Shown here in pieces: positions 1 through 13,783 of a DNA stretch of 64,000 bases. This DNA comes from Lytechinus pictus (lineage: Eukaryota), in the NCBI RefSeq assembly GCF_037042905.1, contig NC_087251.1, positions 19,034,001 through 19,098,000 on the forward strand, read 5' to 3'. The first letter of the stretch is position 1. Every line of letters begins with the position of its first letter. The notes beneath the pieces are model-generated. The model saw nothing but the letters and a program-made list of their open reading frames with translations, was not told where the DNA came from and made no database searches. The translations under genes and the position numbers were made by a program.

Positions 1-2212
1 GGGAGGGAGGAGAGAGAGGCAGAGGCAGGGAGAGGTACAAGGGTCAAACGAAGGGAGAAGGGGAAATCATAGAGTATGATGAGGGGGGTATTGTTTATAC
101 GGGGTCCATGCGAGGACTTTTTATGACGTCTATCAAGCCTGCAATGCCGTCAATAGCTGCTTCAATGGTATGACAGGAATGCCGGTTCGCCCGCCATCCT
201 AGGGTGTGTTCACATCTTGGTATGATAGCGTGTCGACTTAACCCATATAAACTGGTAAAGGTACGTCCAAGTGTGAACATAACACCAGCTGTTGCCTTAC
301 TGTTTGGCACTTTCACTTTCGGCCTAACCATTATTTTGTTCACTATATATACTTTAGCAGCTCCCAACAACATTTTGAGATAATAATCTTGGGCTTGGGA
401 TGCTCGAGGAATTCAGCTCTCGGAGGGGGGGGGGGGGCAATAGATGTCATTATTGTAATTATCTATAGAGTCATTAATCGATGTAATAACTCTGATCACT
501 GTATATTGCACATTCTTTTCTCATCTGCAAATGCAAGATGTCAGTGCAGAATTCACAAATCTATTTCAAAAGGGCACTGCTCCTTTGCTATGATTATATC
601 ACGTTGAAATCGAGTAAACGAATTTTCATGTTAGGAATATTATTTAACCAAAGTAAATTATTTGAATTACCGGACTTGGTAGATTTACAAGGGAGCTCGA
701 TGCAATGTTTATATGACGTATGTATGGACAAATGGATTATTATGGTATATTTTATTGTAAAATAGAGATCTTCACTATGACACCAAACTTTCAGGACATA
801 TTGCAAAGTTAATTTCAGTTTAGCTTTTTGGAGCTGCAAGAGGAATTATCTCATCAAGTATCAAGTATACGTTAAGATTATCACCAATGTCATTCTCGGG
901 TATCTTTTCTTCNNNNNNNNNNNNNNNNNNNNNNNNNNNNNNNNNNNNNNNNNNNNNNNNNNNNNNNNNNNNNNNNNNNNNNNNNNNNNNNNNNNNNNNN
1001 NNNNNNNNNNNNNNNNNNNNNNNNNNNNNNNNNNNNNNNNNNNNNNNNNNNNNNNNNNNNNNNNNNNNNNNNNNNNNNNNNNNNNNNNNNNNNNNNNNNN
1101 NNNNNNNNNNNNNNNNNNNNNNNNNNNNNNNNNNNNNNNNNNNNNNNNNNNNNNNNNNNNNNNNNNNNNNNNNNNNNNNNNNNNNNNNNNNNNNNNNNNN
1201 NNNNNNNNNNNNNNNNNNNNNNNNNNNNNNNNNNNNNNNNNNNNNNNNNNNNNNNNNNNNNNNCCTGTTATTGACACTGTTATGTTTATGATGATACTAT
1301 TATTACTTAGAGATAGAAAGACAAATCGAAATATTGTCATGATCGTGGCAGAAAAAGTTGAACAGCGATGTTTTAAATATCAGTATAAAATATTACATTC
1401 ATTTATGAAGATATAGTCTATCAAAGGTTAATAAAAATAAATACTAACTTTTTATGAGTGGGCATTATATTGGTGTGATTCAACAACGTACAACTGTAAC
1501 ATATTCTAGCATATAGTTACCACTACCACTACCACTACTTCTATTCAATAAATGGCAAGGACTTTGTAGTTGAAGATTATAAAAGAGAGTCAATTAAAGG
1601 TTAATACTATAGACGACCGTATTGGAATGGGGTCGATTGTTAAACCTCACAGCAGGATTTCATGATGTGATGACCAACAAAGAAAATAAAAGTAATATTT
1701 AAACCCTTTGGTGACCGAATGGCTTGTCAAAAGACTTTATAATCAAACCATTTCAGATTAAACGATGCGTCTTAATCTAATTATAATAAAAAGTTTATGC
1801 TATCCTGATTTGCTCATACAAGACATGGATTAAAATGTACCATTGCATGGCGCCTCATCGTCATGAGATGATGATAACGTGGGTTTATGCGATGTTAATT
1901 TATAAAATGTCGTCAAAACATTATTTCGAATCGGAGATATTGTTGAGAAAGTGGTGTGTTTGTTGGACTCAAACTACAGTGGGTTCTATGGTTCGAATCT
2001 TAGTTCGGAATTTTAAGAAGGCAATCCTCCACATTTCCCGGCTATTTGCTTGCGTGTGGAAAAATTATTGGATAGATATTTGCTTTGTTGATAATAATTA
2101 CATGAAATATAATACTTACATTACATGGAATGTAGTATTTCATATTCTTTTTAATTAGAAAAAATGATTTCATTTGCGATTAGTTTTTACTGTAGTCGTA
2201 CTGTTAACTGTT

Positions 2213-2216
<4 letters not shown>

Positions 2217-2294
<78 letters not shown>

Positions 2295-2302
2295 CATATA
2301 TA
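2217..2302. repeat. (TA)n microsatellite
   Basis: Direct reading. Confidence 0.95.
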
Positions 2303-2947
2303 CATTAATTGTGTTTGAATTAATAAACTAACTAATGAAAACGATTCATTGAAATGAATGAATCAAAATAATACACCCATAACACAGGCACTCTCACAAC
2401 CTTGATGATTGATGCCAAATACATAACAGTGGAGATAAAGATGAAATCCCGAATGAAATACTTGTCAGGATGTTAATTTAGAAAGCAATCCATCATGAGA
2501 AATGTTTACGTCACTTGGCATGTCACTCCATCTCAGATCTATCTCAGACAGCAAGCAGTGCATCTTATTGGTACAAAACGAGGGCGCAAGTTGCGATATT
2601 AATCTTTCCCCTATCATGAGATTTTGTTTTGTTTAATATAATTGTCATCGAAGTCAAACAGAGATCCCTGATCCCAGATGTGGAGCTAAACGAGGTATTC
2701 ACCTTCTCGGCATATTGTTGGCATAGTACCAAGTTGGGTACTATTATAGCACACATTATACATTTATATCTATACATTGTAATTAAGAATGAGATATTTA
2801 TAACCTGAGTACAGTTTAATGTCGTTTCTACTTTTGGTCGGCTACTTGATTTTGACATCTCAATCGCTTTCAAAATGTATGCTTCGGTCAGGGTGTTTAA
2901 TATTTTTCTTTATCTCTCTCTCTCTTTCTATCTTCCTTCTAATCCAG

Positions 2948-5125
2948 GTATCGTCAAACCTGTACTCTCTGGTGGAGAATCGGAAACGGAAGGTCATTCC
3001 GCACCTCAGAAGACACCCTCTCGAGATTTATCCACAGAGAAGAAACACTTACCCAGCTCAAGGAGTCTGAGTAGTCCATTGCCATCGATCACGGTAATGG
3101 CCCCAGCGACCATTCATGAGGAAAGTGAAGCAACAGAATCTGCAATCAAAATACCAACCTCTGAAAGTCCTGGAATAGTCGTGCCTAAGGTCTCATTTAC
3201 GACAGAGTTAACTCCGACACCTCTGGCAGATGTTGATGTGAGAATCCTCGAAAGCAGGGATCCTGGTCGTAACAAAGACGGTGAGAAGGAACAGTCACCA
3301 TCACTTCCAAAGAAACGCATCGCATTGCCAATCATCTGCATTGAGAGTGAATCGGACAAAAGTGACAGCGACACTCCGGCTAACACAAGCGGAGAGAGTT
3401 CTCCTCCTGTAAACAAATCAAACGATCTCTTCGTTAAGTTCTCAGTGAGGCCAGCTTTTGAAAGGCCACCACCGAGTAGGAGAGTTTCAGCTGATTCAGC
3501 CAGTTCAGGGCCGGTGCGTCCATCGGGGGTGATACGGAAAGACAGCCTCGGTATACCATCGGTTGTGAAAGGGGAGATTGCTTACCCTGGCGTCCAACGG
3601 AAAATGCCGACACGAAGGCAGTCTGAACCATTGACAATTACAGTACAGCCACCTGCTATTTGTGAGACAAAACAAGAAAAGGACCAAACAATCTCACAGG
3701 AGGTTATTAGACCAATTCCGCAGAGGGCTGATAGTCTTGGAGTTCCCCAAGTCTTCACGGGTGAAGCATCTTTTCCAATGAAACAACCTCAGACTGGACC
3801 GCCAGGCAATATGCCACCTGCAACTGTCAACCCAAAGAAACCACCAGGTGCCAGGAGGAAAGAAAGCCTCGAGGTACCAACAATTGCAACTGATGAAGTG
3901 TCCTTTCCCCCAATGACAAAGACTGTAATGGGACCACCTCTGGAAAGACCAATCAAGCGCCATCGGCCACTTAGTTTGAATATTCCATCGCTTTCGGCCA
4001 CATCTCCAGAAGAATGCTCAGAAGACAGACCTCCGTTTTCTGCTCCAGCTGCCAAGAGAAAACATACATCTATCCTGAAACGTGGAAACAGTCATGAAAA
4101 ACCCGGTCCCAAAAAATCTGTTACATTCTCGCCGACAGTATCTCCACAGGAGATCCCACCTGAATTCAATTTCGATCGCGAATCTGATGGAGCTATTTAC
4201 ACTCTTCCAAAGCGACCCAAAATGTTCCGCCATTACAGCATTGACTCATCCGATATGTCTTTAAGACAAGAGAGATACCGCGCCGCTGGGAGACAAACCG
4301 CTCAATGTAGAGAAGCTGGTATCCTCTTTTCAGATGATCAACCAAATATCTCTGGTGTGAACAGGACTAGTAGTGATTTCGGCAGCCTTTCTGATTTTGA
4401 CATGAACATGTCTCCTTCAGTATCAGAAGGAAGCAAGGATGTTGACATGGAAACACATACATCGGACATGGAAGAAAGTGATGATGTTTTTGAGGATTCC
4501 AAAGCTCTCGAAATCAGCAATGCCAAGGCTCGATTCCTCGCCGCTGGTGGCGCTCGCGCTGTTATGTCCGTTTTATGCACACAAGACTCAAGTGATTCCA
4601 ATGGTCAAGGGTCAAAGTATTCCAGTGTTGACCTCCTTGAAGCAGAGGCCAAGACCGACTCATCACCGTCAGATGAATCGCCTCAATCAACTTCAGACAC
4701 GACGCCAACAACAGATACCCTTTTCAAGGAACCAGAGACCACTACGATCAAGATTGTTCCTGAAACCGAATCGACAAGAACAATCACTACGCTCTCCTCA
4801 CCTGATAAAGACAAATCTGATATTGGTCCTAAGCGTTTCATATCAAGCGAGGACCTTGACATACGTGCTTCACTTCTCTTCGTGGAGACCGTTCGGAGTT
4901 CTGTGGAATCTGATCTTTCGGAAGGGCGACACAGTCATTCATCTGAAGAAAGTGAGAATTCTGCGAGCGAAGACGTCGTCCGCCTTCCCGCAGCCGATTC
5001 CAATAGTGCCAAGAGTCGGTTCTTCCAGTCTTGTCAAGAGACCAACATCACGCCAAGGCACCATCGTCACCATGGAGAAGATACCTGGAACACTCCGACA
5101 ATACCAGAATTACCTGAACCATTGG
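2948..5125 (+). CDS. Actin-fold fusion gene: giant internal exon (726 codons), Ser/Pro/Glu-rich disordered region
   Basis: Lies within ORF 2875-5208. Pyrimidine-rich acceptor ...ttctaatccag|G at 2948 and donor G|gtgagt at 5125, phase 1 at both ends. GC content is well above the flanks. Confidence 0.85.
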
Positions 5126-6359
5126 GTGAGTACCATAATCTATACTCATATTTCACATATTTGTTAACTATAAAACTATTACGATCCTTAACAATACCGA
5201 CCCTTTGAAAACTATCACTTGTGTCAGGCCTGTTCTTGATTTAGCAAGGAAATAAACATGATAAAGGGATTACTAATTTCTGTTTTGCCTTATGCAAGGT
5301 GTGGCATGATCTTCATCGGAAAAAATGAGGATATCCAGCAATGATTGTTTGATTAAATGCATCTTCTCCTTTAAAAAAAAAGGGGGGGGGGGGTGTTAAA
5401 AATGCCGAGTAAGCTGGTGCTGATTTCTGGTGATGATCACGTTGATGAAGTACTGGTCATTATAAAAATGACAAAGATAACAATTATCATAGTTGTGATC
5501 ATAATAATGGTAATGATGGTGATTGGGATGATTCAAGAGGTATATGCAATCTCTTTTATATGGTAAAATGAATCCGGAAATGAATGATCAGGAGATAGAC
5601 AAATGAAATTCATGAAAATACATCCGAACACATGGGGGAAATACGTCTTTATTGAAAGAATATTCCAAAATGTTATACAGTTTTAATGTATAATTTATAT
5701 CATGAAATAACAAAGAATTTCAAAGCAACGATTTCCTAGAATACAAAATGATAAGCAACGAAGCAAATTTGACTTATAATATTTATTGAACGCTGTGAAA
5801 TAAATAAAATTGAATTGAGATACTAAGGATTTGACAAAAATAATTCCTCATTCATCCCGTGATGATAAACTTACAGTAGTGTTTAATCTCTATCATAATA
5901 CTGTATTGTTTTGCACAGGTTTTTAACTAAATAATGAAAGAACAAAGCGCCACGTTCGCTGTTAAACAAGTCAAAGTTTTTCACTATCATAATAACGAGA
6001 CAGGCCCACCTAATAGTGAACGTATTCATTAATTCCTTTTACACTGGTCGTTGTAATTGCAATGTACGTTAGATGCGATGGTAGGCGCGTGGCGTTTTTT
6101 CTTCTCTCTGTGCAAGGGAATTAAAGATAACGAGTGAAACAGATGACTTCCACGGGTACCGGATTTAGATTCCAGTAGCATCCAGAATAGCATCTTATTT
6201 ATTCCAGATGTTTATATTTAGCTGTCAAGGGCAGCACGATATACGAGTTGAATCCGGGGTTGTTCATCTTTGGACAGCGGGGAAACCATGACGACAAGAA
6301 TGCATGCAATGTGACAGAAGGATGTAGGGGGTAGGGGATGGGTCTGGGATGCCCTAGAT

Positions 6360-7588
6360 CAGGGATTCTCAAATGGTGGCGCGCGCGCCACTTGTGGCGC
6401 GCCGAGCCTTGCGGAGTGGCGCTTGGAAGCCGGTATAAAAAAGTAAAAATAAAGAAAAATACGGGAGATAAAAATGTATCTACCAGTAACCTGGAAATAA
6501 GGATTTGGTGATCATTTTAATACAAAGAGAAAACAAAAACTCTTTACTTGACACTTAATTGATTTCCTCAAATTTTGTCCAATTTAGCACTCGATAACCT
6601 CTATTATAGAGGATCGATGTTGTTCTTTTTATTTATTCTATGCGGTACAAAGTTTATGTGCCACACAAGTGATTTGAAAACCCCGTTTGTAGGATTTCTA
6701 TTTCAACGGCGAGAAATGTTGCATTTCCAGAGTATCCTTTTTGTTTAAGAGTTAAACATCAAATAATGTGATATCCATAGAGCATCCTGATCATTAAAAA
6801 ATATGAATTTGGGGCATAACAAGCAGAAAATTTGTTTCCGGAGCCGATTAAAATCCGAAGGTGTAAAGTGAAATACATACATGCTCAGATGTATTGCCTG
6901 CCGTGATTGCCTGCATGCACTCTTGCTTAACACGAACTGAATAAATGATACTGCACGTGAGTTGTAGAGGGGCAGTTTGGGCGCTAGTGCAGTGCAACGC
7001 CTAATTTTCAGCCCTTGCAAAATCGGGGAACGTAACTTTAGCCACTGGCGTACAGATGGGGGCGGGGATTGGGGGCCCCCAAGTGTTTCACGGCCAAGAA
7101 AACAAAAGGAGAAAAGAGGAGAAAAGGAAAGAAAAGGGAAATATTGTATTATCTTAATATTATGTCAAAATATAGATTTTTGTATTGAAAAGTTCAATAT
7201 TTTTGCTTCAGCTGCCATATCTAGCCCCTCATTTTTTTTTACTCATTACGCCACTTGCTTCAGCCAATAGATCTGGTGCAGAACAGTCTGAACTAGTGGT
7301 ATCATTGGTATGTTGTGAAAAAGTCACTGGTCATTTTTCTTTTAATATTGTGTAGTTTGTTGGCATTTGTATTTCTTCTTTTGATATTAATTAGAGCCCC
7401 TCTGGGCAATTTAAAAGGCCTCATATTCCAAAACTTCTTGGGGCTCTGCCCCCTCGACCCCCACGCCACCAGGGGCCTCTGGGCCCCCCATCCGCTGATA
7501 CATTGCTGGTTTGCGTAATGGATAGTGGAGCATTACAGATTCTCAACAAGAAATGTGGCGCTTCCAAAAAAGTAATTGAGAATGGCTG
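6360..7588. mobile_element. Non-autonomous hAT-type DNA transposon
   Basis: TIRs cagggattctcaa / ttgagaatggctg and a perfect 8-bp TSD CCCTAGAT (6352-6359, 7589-7596). Confidence 0.8.
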
Positions 7589-7759
7589 CCCTAGATTATA
7601 CGTCATCTATACCAACACTCACTCCAAACTCCCGAGCCCTAATCCCATGGGTTGATGGAAGGAGAGGGGTAGCCAATGCTGGTGTAATTATTATACGATA
7701 ACTTAAATTAAGCGCAGTTCAATAATAAACACATAGTAGAAATGTGTGTACCGTTTTTA

Positions 7760-7980
7760 TTATGATAATTACAATATTTTAATTATTATCATTATTATTG
7801 TTATAATCAATTTCATTACTTTTATTATTATTGTTATAATTAATTTTATTATTATTATTATTATTATCATTGTTGCTATCACTACTACTACACTATTACT
7901 AATTCTACTTCTATTATCACCACGATCACCATGATCATCACTATCATTATCACAATCATTATTTATTATTATTATTATAA
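7760..7980. repeat. Degenerate (ATT/ATC)n microsatellite
   Basis: Direct reading. Confidence 0.85.
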
Positions 7981-10025
7981 GGGGGCAGAATGCTTTATTT
8001 GTAACGAAAAGATTTTCCAATCTCTATTTTAGATTTAGCTTTCGTAGTTGCGATGCCATTAATCTTCAATATTAATCCATTTGACACTCCATGTCTCTGA
8101 ATGTTTTACAGCAGATATGGCACCACTCCAATGCTTTGATCATCTATGATGATCATCTTTCTCCACTTGATTATACAGGCTCACCATGCATAACTTTTTC
8201 ATAGATCATTAAGTTACAAAATGACAAGTTCAAACAAATGTCGCGACCCTTTCCTTGACACAATCCTACTCCCCTGGTCCGCCGTTCTCCCTTGCTCATC
8301 AAGAGAAATATGCATGGAATTAAGCAAATGCACCCGGGTTTTTCTCTTAGCACGTTTTACGGCTTTACAGTCCAAGCGAGAGTGAAAGTTCTGATGAGGG
8401 AAAAAGCCGAGGGAATTCTTCTCGTCATCAAAACGACTGCATTTATCACGTGTTGCAGAGCTTTGCTCCTCGTGGTGTATTCGTCATGTTCGTACTAGCA
8501 ACATGAATAGTAATTTTAGAACGAGGATATTCAGATTAAGCCAAGTCTGACACACACATCAAACATTGTTATGATCATGATTAGTAGTATTATGGTGATG
8601 GTGATGATGATAATGATAAGTATAGAANNNNNNNNNNNNNNNNNNNNNNNNNNNNNNNNNNNNNNNNNNNNNNNNNNNNNNNNNNNNNNNNNNNNNNNNN
8701 NNNNNNNNNNNNNNNNNNNNNNNNNNNNNNNNNNNNNNNNNNNNNNNNNNNNNNNNNNNNNNNNNNNNNNNNNNNNNNNNNNNNNNNNNNNNNNNNNNNN
8801 NNNNNNNNNNNNNNNNNNNNNNNNNNNNNNNNNNNNNNNNNNNNNNNNNNNNNNNTAGTAGTAGTTAAGTTATCATGACCCTAAAACATTGTTCCTTATG
8901 TTATGGGATCATTGACATTAGATTGGGTGGATCGAAATGGGCTATCCGAAATATTTAATGAGTTAGGAAATATTGCACGAATCAAGACTGAGTACTAATT
9001 AAAAGATTCACATTCACTAGTTCTACATCTACTGAAGATTCGTAACTCTTAGAGGCTTACTACGAAATATCGAGTAATCGCGTCGGATAAGGAAATCGCG
9101 TAACCTGACCTTTTCGTGAAAAATTTAAATCAATGTCCGAAAGTTCAGGTTTATTGGATTGTGGTACTTGTTAAACTGATGGTTTTGCTTAAACATTTTT
9201 AAACAAGTTGTTGAACAAGTATGTTCAGGGTATCAGCGGGTTATTTGGACCTGAACATTCATAGATTAAAGGCGAATATTTCCCAAATAGCAGAACCTTC
9301 CTTTCCAAAATTAGAGGGGGTATGAAACTTCCTTGCGATGGTTTGCAGTAAGCAATATCTAGATATTAATTTTTCAAAAAATTATGTTGATATATTCTAT
9401 ATATTATGTGACAACAGAAAATAAAAACTATTAATAAATTCTTGTGAAATCTCTTCAACTCTGTGATTTTGCAAAGAGGTGGTGAGATTATCTCGAATAC
9501 ACAATGAACAAAATATAAATCGCATTGTTAAAGAAATGATTGGTTGACTGTTCAAGATAAATGAGAACAATCCAAAAGAATGCGAGATAATGTACATGTA
9601 CACTCATAAGTTATATCAGATTTGGATGATACGACTAAAAGAAAAAAAAAATCGTGTCAACATCCGATCAATTGGACATCATCTTTTTAAACATTGGCTA
9701 AGATTTTCATTTATTTAGCCATGCTATTCATTTGGGTATCACAATTTTGTACATTAAGATTGATCCTTTTAAACTATCATATTATACAGATATATGTTTT
9801 ATTTTCAAGAAACAAAATCATGTATCTTGATTTTTTACAATGACGTCGAGATCGAAACGGCCATTACGAGAACCAAATAGTCCAAACTAGATTGACATCG
9901 TTATCAATTATTGGCTCAGATTTTAACATTATGTAATTCTGTTCAACTCTTAACCAACCATGCATTTCAATATAAATAGACAAGATAATTTCATTAAGAC
10001 ATACAACGTTTTCTTTTCTTTCTAG

Positions 10026-10115
10026 AACTTGATTCGCAGGATGAAGAATCAACTTCAGCTGCTCGTGATGCTGATATCGACGACTCAACATCGACATCGA
10101 GTTCACCATCGTATA
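10026..10115 (+). CDS. Actin-fold fusion gene exon (ELDSQDEESTSAARDADIDDSTSTSSSPSY)
   Basis: ttttctttctag acceptor, gtaagt donor, 90 nt, phase 1-1, open in frame with both neighbours. Confidence 0.8.
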
Positions 10116-10399
10116 GTAAGTGCAGCATAATGACATATCTCATTTCAATTTAATTATCTTTATTTGTTTTGTCACTTTCGTCTTCCTTTTTGTCTTGTTT
10201 CTTCCTGATTTTTTAAAATCTTCTATAATTATATATTTTAAAGAGATACAAGGCGACATTAAACGTAACATTAAGTGCGAAAATTTAGGAGGTGAGACAG
10301 AAAATCTTTTTAAAGTAAAGTTATTGACTACTGTTAATTATTTAACAGATGTTCAATTCTCAAATCTTTATATCCTCAATAATTTCCATCTTCTTACAG

Positions 10400-10819
10400 G
10401 CAGTAGTTGGTATGGTTTTCTAGAGCTTGACCCTTCGCGACCGTCTCTCGCCAACCTTGATGTGGAGATCATCGAAAGCACCGACAACGACCTTTCAGCT
10501 CCTCTTCGAGCGGATGACGACACGGGTGACGAGGTCGAGGATGACTGCGGGAGACGAGAAAATCAAGAAAGTGTCACGTTAACTGGGGCAGAGGATGGTG
10601 GGAGGTCTAGAAGAGGAGAGGGGGAAGAAGGGACAGCGGTGGTAGGAAGGACGGAGGATAAAGATGATGAGGCGAAGGACGCGTGCCCAGAGAGGGCTCC
10701 TATTGCCTCGGTGGGGGTTCCTCTTACCGAAGCAGGGGCACCAGCAGAGGAATCCAGAAGTGTCGGGTCCAGTAAGGACGATGCCTTGCGTCATCAATGG
10801 CCACTAGCCGTTTCATCAG
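10400..10819 (+). CDS. Actin-fold fusion gene exon, acidic low-complexity (SSWYGFLELDPSRP...WPLAVSS)
   Basis: ttcttacag acceptor, gtatgt donor, 420 nt, phase 1-1, within ORF 10120-10863. Confidence 0.8.
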
Positions 10820-12145
10820 GTATGTCAGTGACGTCACTGCTTTCCAGGAAAGTCGTGACATGATACATAGACTGGAAGCAATCGAATATATTGAACTTTG
10901 GAATGCGAATTCACAACAATGTGCGTCCCGATATACTAAAGGTCAGACCTTATGGGTATTGATGGCGGAGTTAATAAATTGTATTTTTATTTTAGTGTAG
11001 ACGGATGGTGATTGGTTTGTAATGGGGGAGGGCTGACTATGAGAGATGGGTTATAGAAAGATGATGAAATTTATGAACAAAATGAGCAGAAATTTAGCTT
11101 AGAATACCTAGACGACTCCAGTTCCAAAATTATACTCAAATATACGGTAGAATTTCAAAACATACCCCTCCCAGAGTCACAAAATAGAGAAAATAGTGGT
11201 GTGCAGCTAGGAAGAAGAGGGTCAAGTGCATTTTACTTTGGTAACTTGCCCAGTGGCGGACCGTGACCCGGAGGAGACGATGATTGGAGGGGCACTGTAT
11301 TGTTGGTGAAAAATGCTGTGCCCCTCCAAAGTTTTGTCTCCTCCTGGTCACGGTCCGCCACGTTAACTGCCCCTTTTGTCGCGCAGCCCCCTATGCCGGT
11401 AAATTTCCCACTTCACGGCGTCACAGTCCACGTCACCGCAGCTAGGGTCAAATAGTTTCCGTACAAATATATTTATAGCACGATATATATATATACATAT
11501 TGCATCTTGATAAAGGTCATTATTTCCGCCAAGTAATCTTGAGACCTGAATAGATAACGAAAGAAGTGGGCGGGTGTCATGGTCACACTCTTGGATATCT
11601 CTTTTCCGACCCAATGAAATAGAGATATGTCACCTTTGGAGCTTTCGAACAAAAGACGGTTGTTACGAGATGAGAAATATATGCGTTGTGGTTTAGTGGA
11701 TGGATCATGAATAACAAGGTATGGGTTTAAACTCTTTCTTTGTCTCACCGATGTCTCGGCCTCTGAGACATAAGACATTTCCATTTGAGACACACTATCA
11801 CTGCCTTGAGACATATCTCAGGGTATAGACTACAATCTTTCTTCTTTTACCTTATATTCAAACTTTATTAGCCCGGGGTTGTTCGTATACTTTTGCTTCA
11901 GAAAGAAAACAATATTCCCAATGGATAGTCATTAGAGTATGCTAGAGACATCAACAAAGTTTTTGGTGATTTTGTCATTTTTCATGTGCCAACTTTGTTT
12001 GAAAAAAAAAAAAACTTTGAATCATAATGGAAAGGTGAACATTCGCCCCTTCTTAACTTCTGATTTTTTTTTCTTGATGCGGAGGTTTGTGAATCATAAT
12101 TGTATTAAATCTAATCCAGTTATTTGGTTTTAACATTATGCCTAG

Positions 12146-12385
12146 CTTCGTCGCCTGGTCAATCTCGACATCGTCGTCACTTTAATACCCCAATCATCAT
12201 CGATAACGGAACATCGATGGTCAGAGCGGGACTCGCTGATGGCGTGGCGCCCTCTGTCACCATCCCGACAGTGGTTGGCCGACTGAAGAAGGACCTTGAA
12301 AGCTTCCGACATCGTAAAGACCTTTACGTGGGTAATGAACTCACCAAAAAGTACGGACTGGTCTGTGTAAGCAACCCCATGAAAG
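12146..12385 (+). CDS. Actin-like domain exon 1 (PIIIDNGTSMVRAG...PTVVGR...DLYVG)
   Basis: Matches actin phosphate-1 loop DNGSGMCKAG and PSIVGR/YVGD motifs. cctag acceptor, gtaggg donor, phase 1-1. No in-frame Met upstream of the actin fold in this exon. Confidence 0.9.
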
Positions 12386-12662
12386 GTAGGGCCATTATAG
12401 TCGTACGTAGGATGATATATAAGATTGCACATATATGCAGCTTTAAAATTGTGATCCAATGGAAATTATAATTCTCTTTCCATTTGAATTCCATTCTGCC
12501 ATCAGTTACGTAACCAAATAATACTTATGTTTTCAATCGGAATTACTGTTGCAAACCAGATTGGAAATCTATGAAGTTAAAATGCGAAAGTTATTTCGAA
12601 ACTTTTATTAATTTACAGTAGGCGTCGTTTTGTGCACCTTGTATGGTAACTTTTGTCCTGTC

Positions 12663-12821
12663 ATGGGATTTTGATTTATACATTGACATTTATATTAGTT
12701 TTGATGTATCACACAATTCGGCAGAGGACATGATGAAATATGATGGAATTTTGATTTATACATTGACATTTATATTTGTTTTGATGTATCACACAATTCG
12801 GCAGAGGACATGATGAAATAT
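12663..12821 (+). repeat. Two-copy 80-bp tandem duplication in an intron
   Basis: atgg(g/a)attttgatttatacattgac...ggacatgatgaaatat at 12663 and 12743. Confidence 0.9.
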
Positions 12822-13062
12822 TAAGCAGACCAACGTAAACCTCAAATTTCCTTATACTTTAGAAATGTTGATAACATAATATTGTAATAATCAGATATTC
12901 GTTTTCTATTCAACAACTATGCATTCAATAGCCGGTTGATGTGGGTAAAAAAAATATATTATTACACACATTATTTCTTAAAATTTTCTTGTGCTTTTTC
13001 GTAACCTACATTCCACAAAGATTAATCATTTTGAATAACCTTTTATTTTGTGCCCCAAATAG

Positions 13063-13208
13063 GAGGGTTAATCGATAACTGGTCCGAGTTGGAATATATC
13101 TGGGACCACGTGATCAAGAAGGAGCTAAATGTCACGTGGGAAGATCATCCAATTCTGCTGACAGAGGTGGCATCGGCACCAAAACGACAGAGGGAAAGGG
13201 TTCTTGAG
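13063..13208 (+). CDS. Actin-like domain exon 2 (GLIDNWSELEYIWDH...HPILLTE)
   Basis: Matches actin GIITNWDDMEKIWHH / EHPVLLTE; phase 1-0. Confidence 0.9.
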
Positions 13209-13615
13209 GTATACATCAAAGACTTAGCAGAAACTTTTGTTTATTCGCTATGAATAATTACGAATGCCTTAAAATTCACCTTGATAACCATTGAATTATC
13301 TACCAAATAATTATTTTGAAGGTTAATTCATAGCATATAATTAATAGTTCTTGTGTTAATGAGACCAACGTCGGTAGATTTTCATACAGATGATAAAATT
13401 TGCAATAAACATTTATTATAGATATATTGGTACGTTGAAAAGAAGTAGATCAATATTGATGTTAATGATGGTCCAAGATGAATCTTAATTCTTAACTACT
13501 ATCATTGATGAACACTGCATACTAATGACTCATAAACTCTGTAAGAGTCAGAAATAATTAAATTCTCTCATTCGCCATCTCTAAATCTTACTTGTTCATG
13601 ATTTCATACCACCAG

Positions 13616-13783
13616 GTGTTATTTGAGACGTACAAGACTCCAGCTTGCTTTGTGGCTAACCAAGGTGCTTTAGCCCTACATGCCAATGGTGAAACCTCTG
13701 GACTGGTCTTGAGCAGTGGTAGCGGGGTAACGGAGATCGTACCGGTATACCAGGGGTGCACCATGTCTCATGCAGTTACCACG
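13616..13783 (+). CDS. Actin-like domain exon 3 (VLFETYKTPACFVANQGAL...SSGSGVTEIVPVYQG)
   Basis: Matches actin MFETFNTPAMYVAIQAVL / DSGDGVTHTVPIYEG; phase 0-0. Confidence 0.9.

Noticed and set aside
95-373. 92-aa minus-strand ORF or an upstream exon candidate
   Set aside because: No homology recognised and no convincing phase-compatible splice sites.
861-1340. ORFs spanning N runs (also near 8571, 20523, 56418 and 59831)
   Set aside because: Open only because of assembly gaps or masking.
2875-2947. ATG at 2875 as the start of the 777-aa ORF
   Set aside because: These codons are a polypyrimidine tract ending in a clear acceptor; the true start is probably in an upstream exon that I could not identify.
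4439-5167. 242-aa alternative-frame ORF inside the giant exon
   Set aside because: No recognisable motif; plausibly a by-product of biased codon use in a Ser/Thr/Asp/Glu-rich exon. Conservation or ribosome data would be needed to reconsider.
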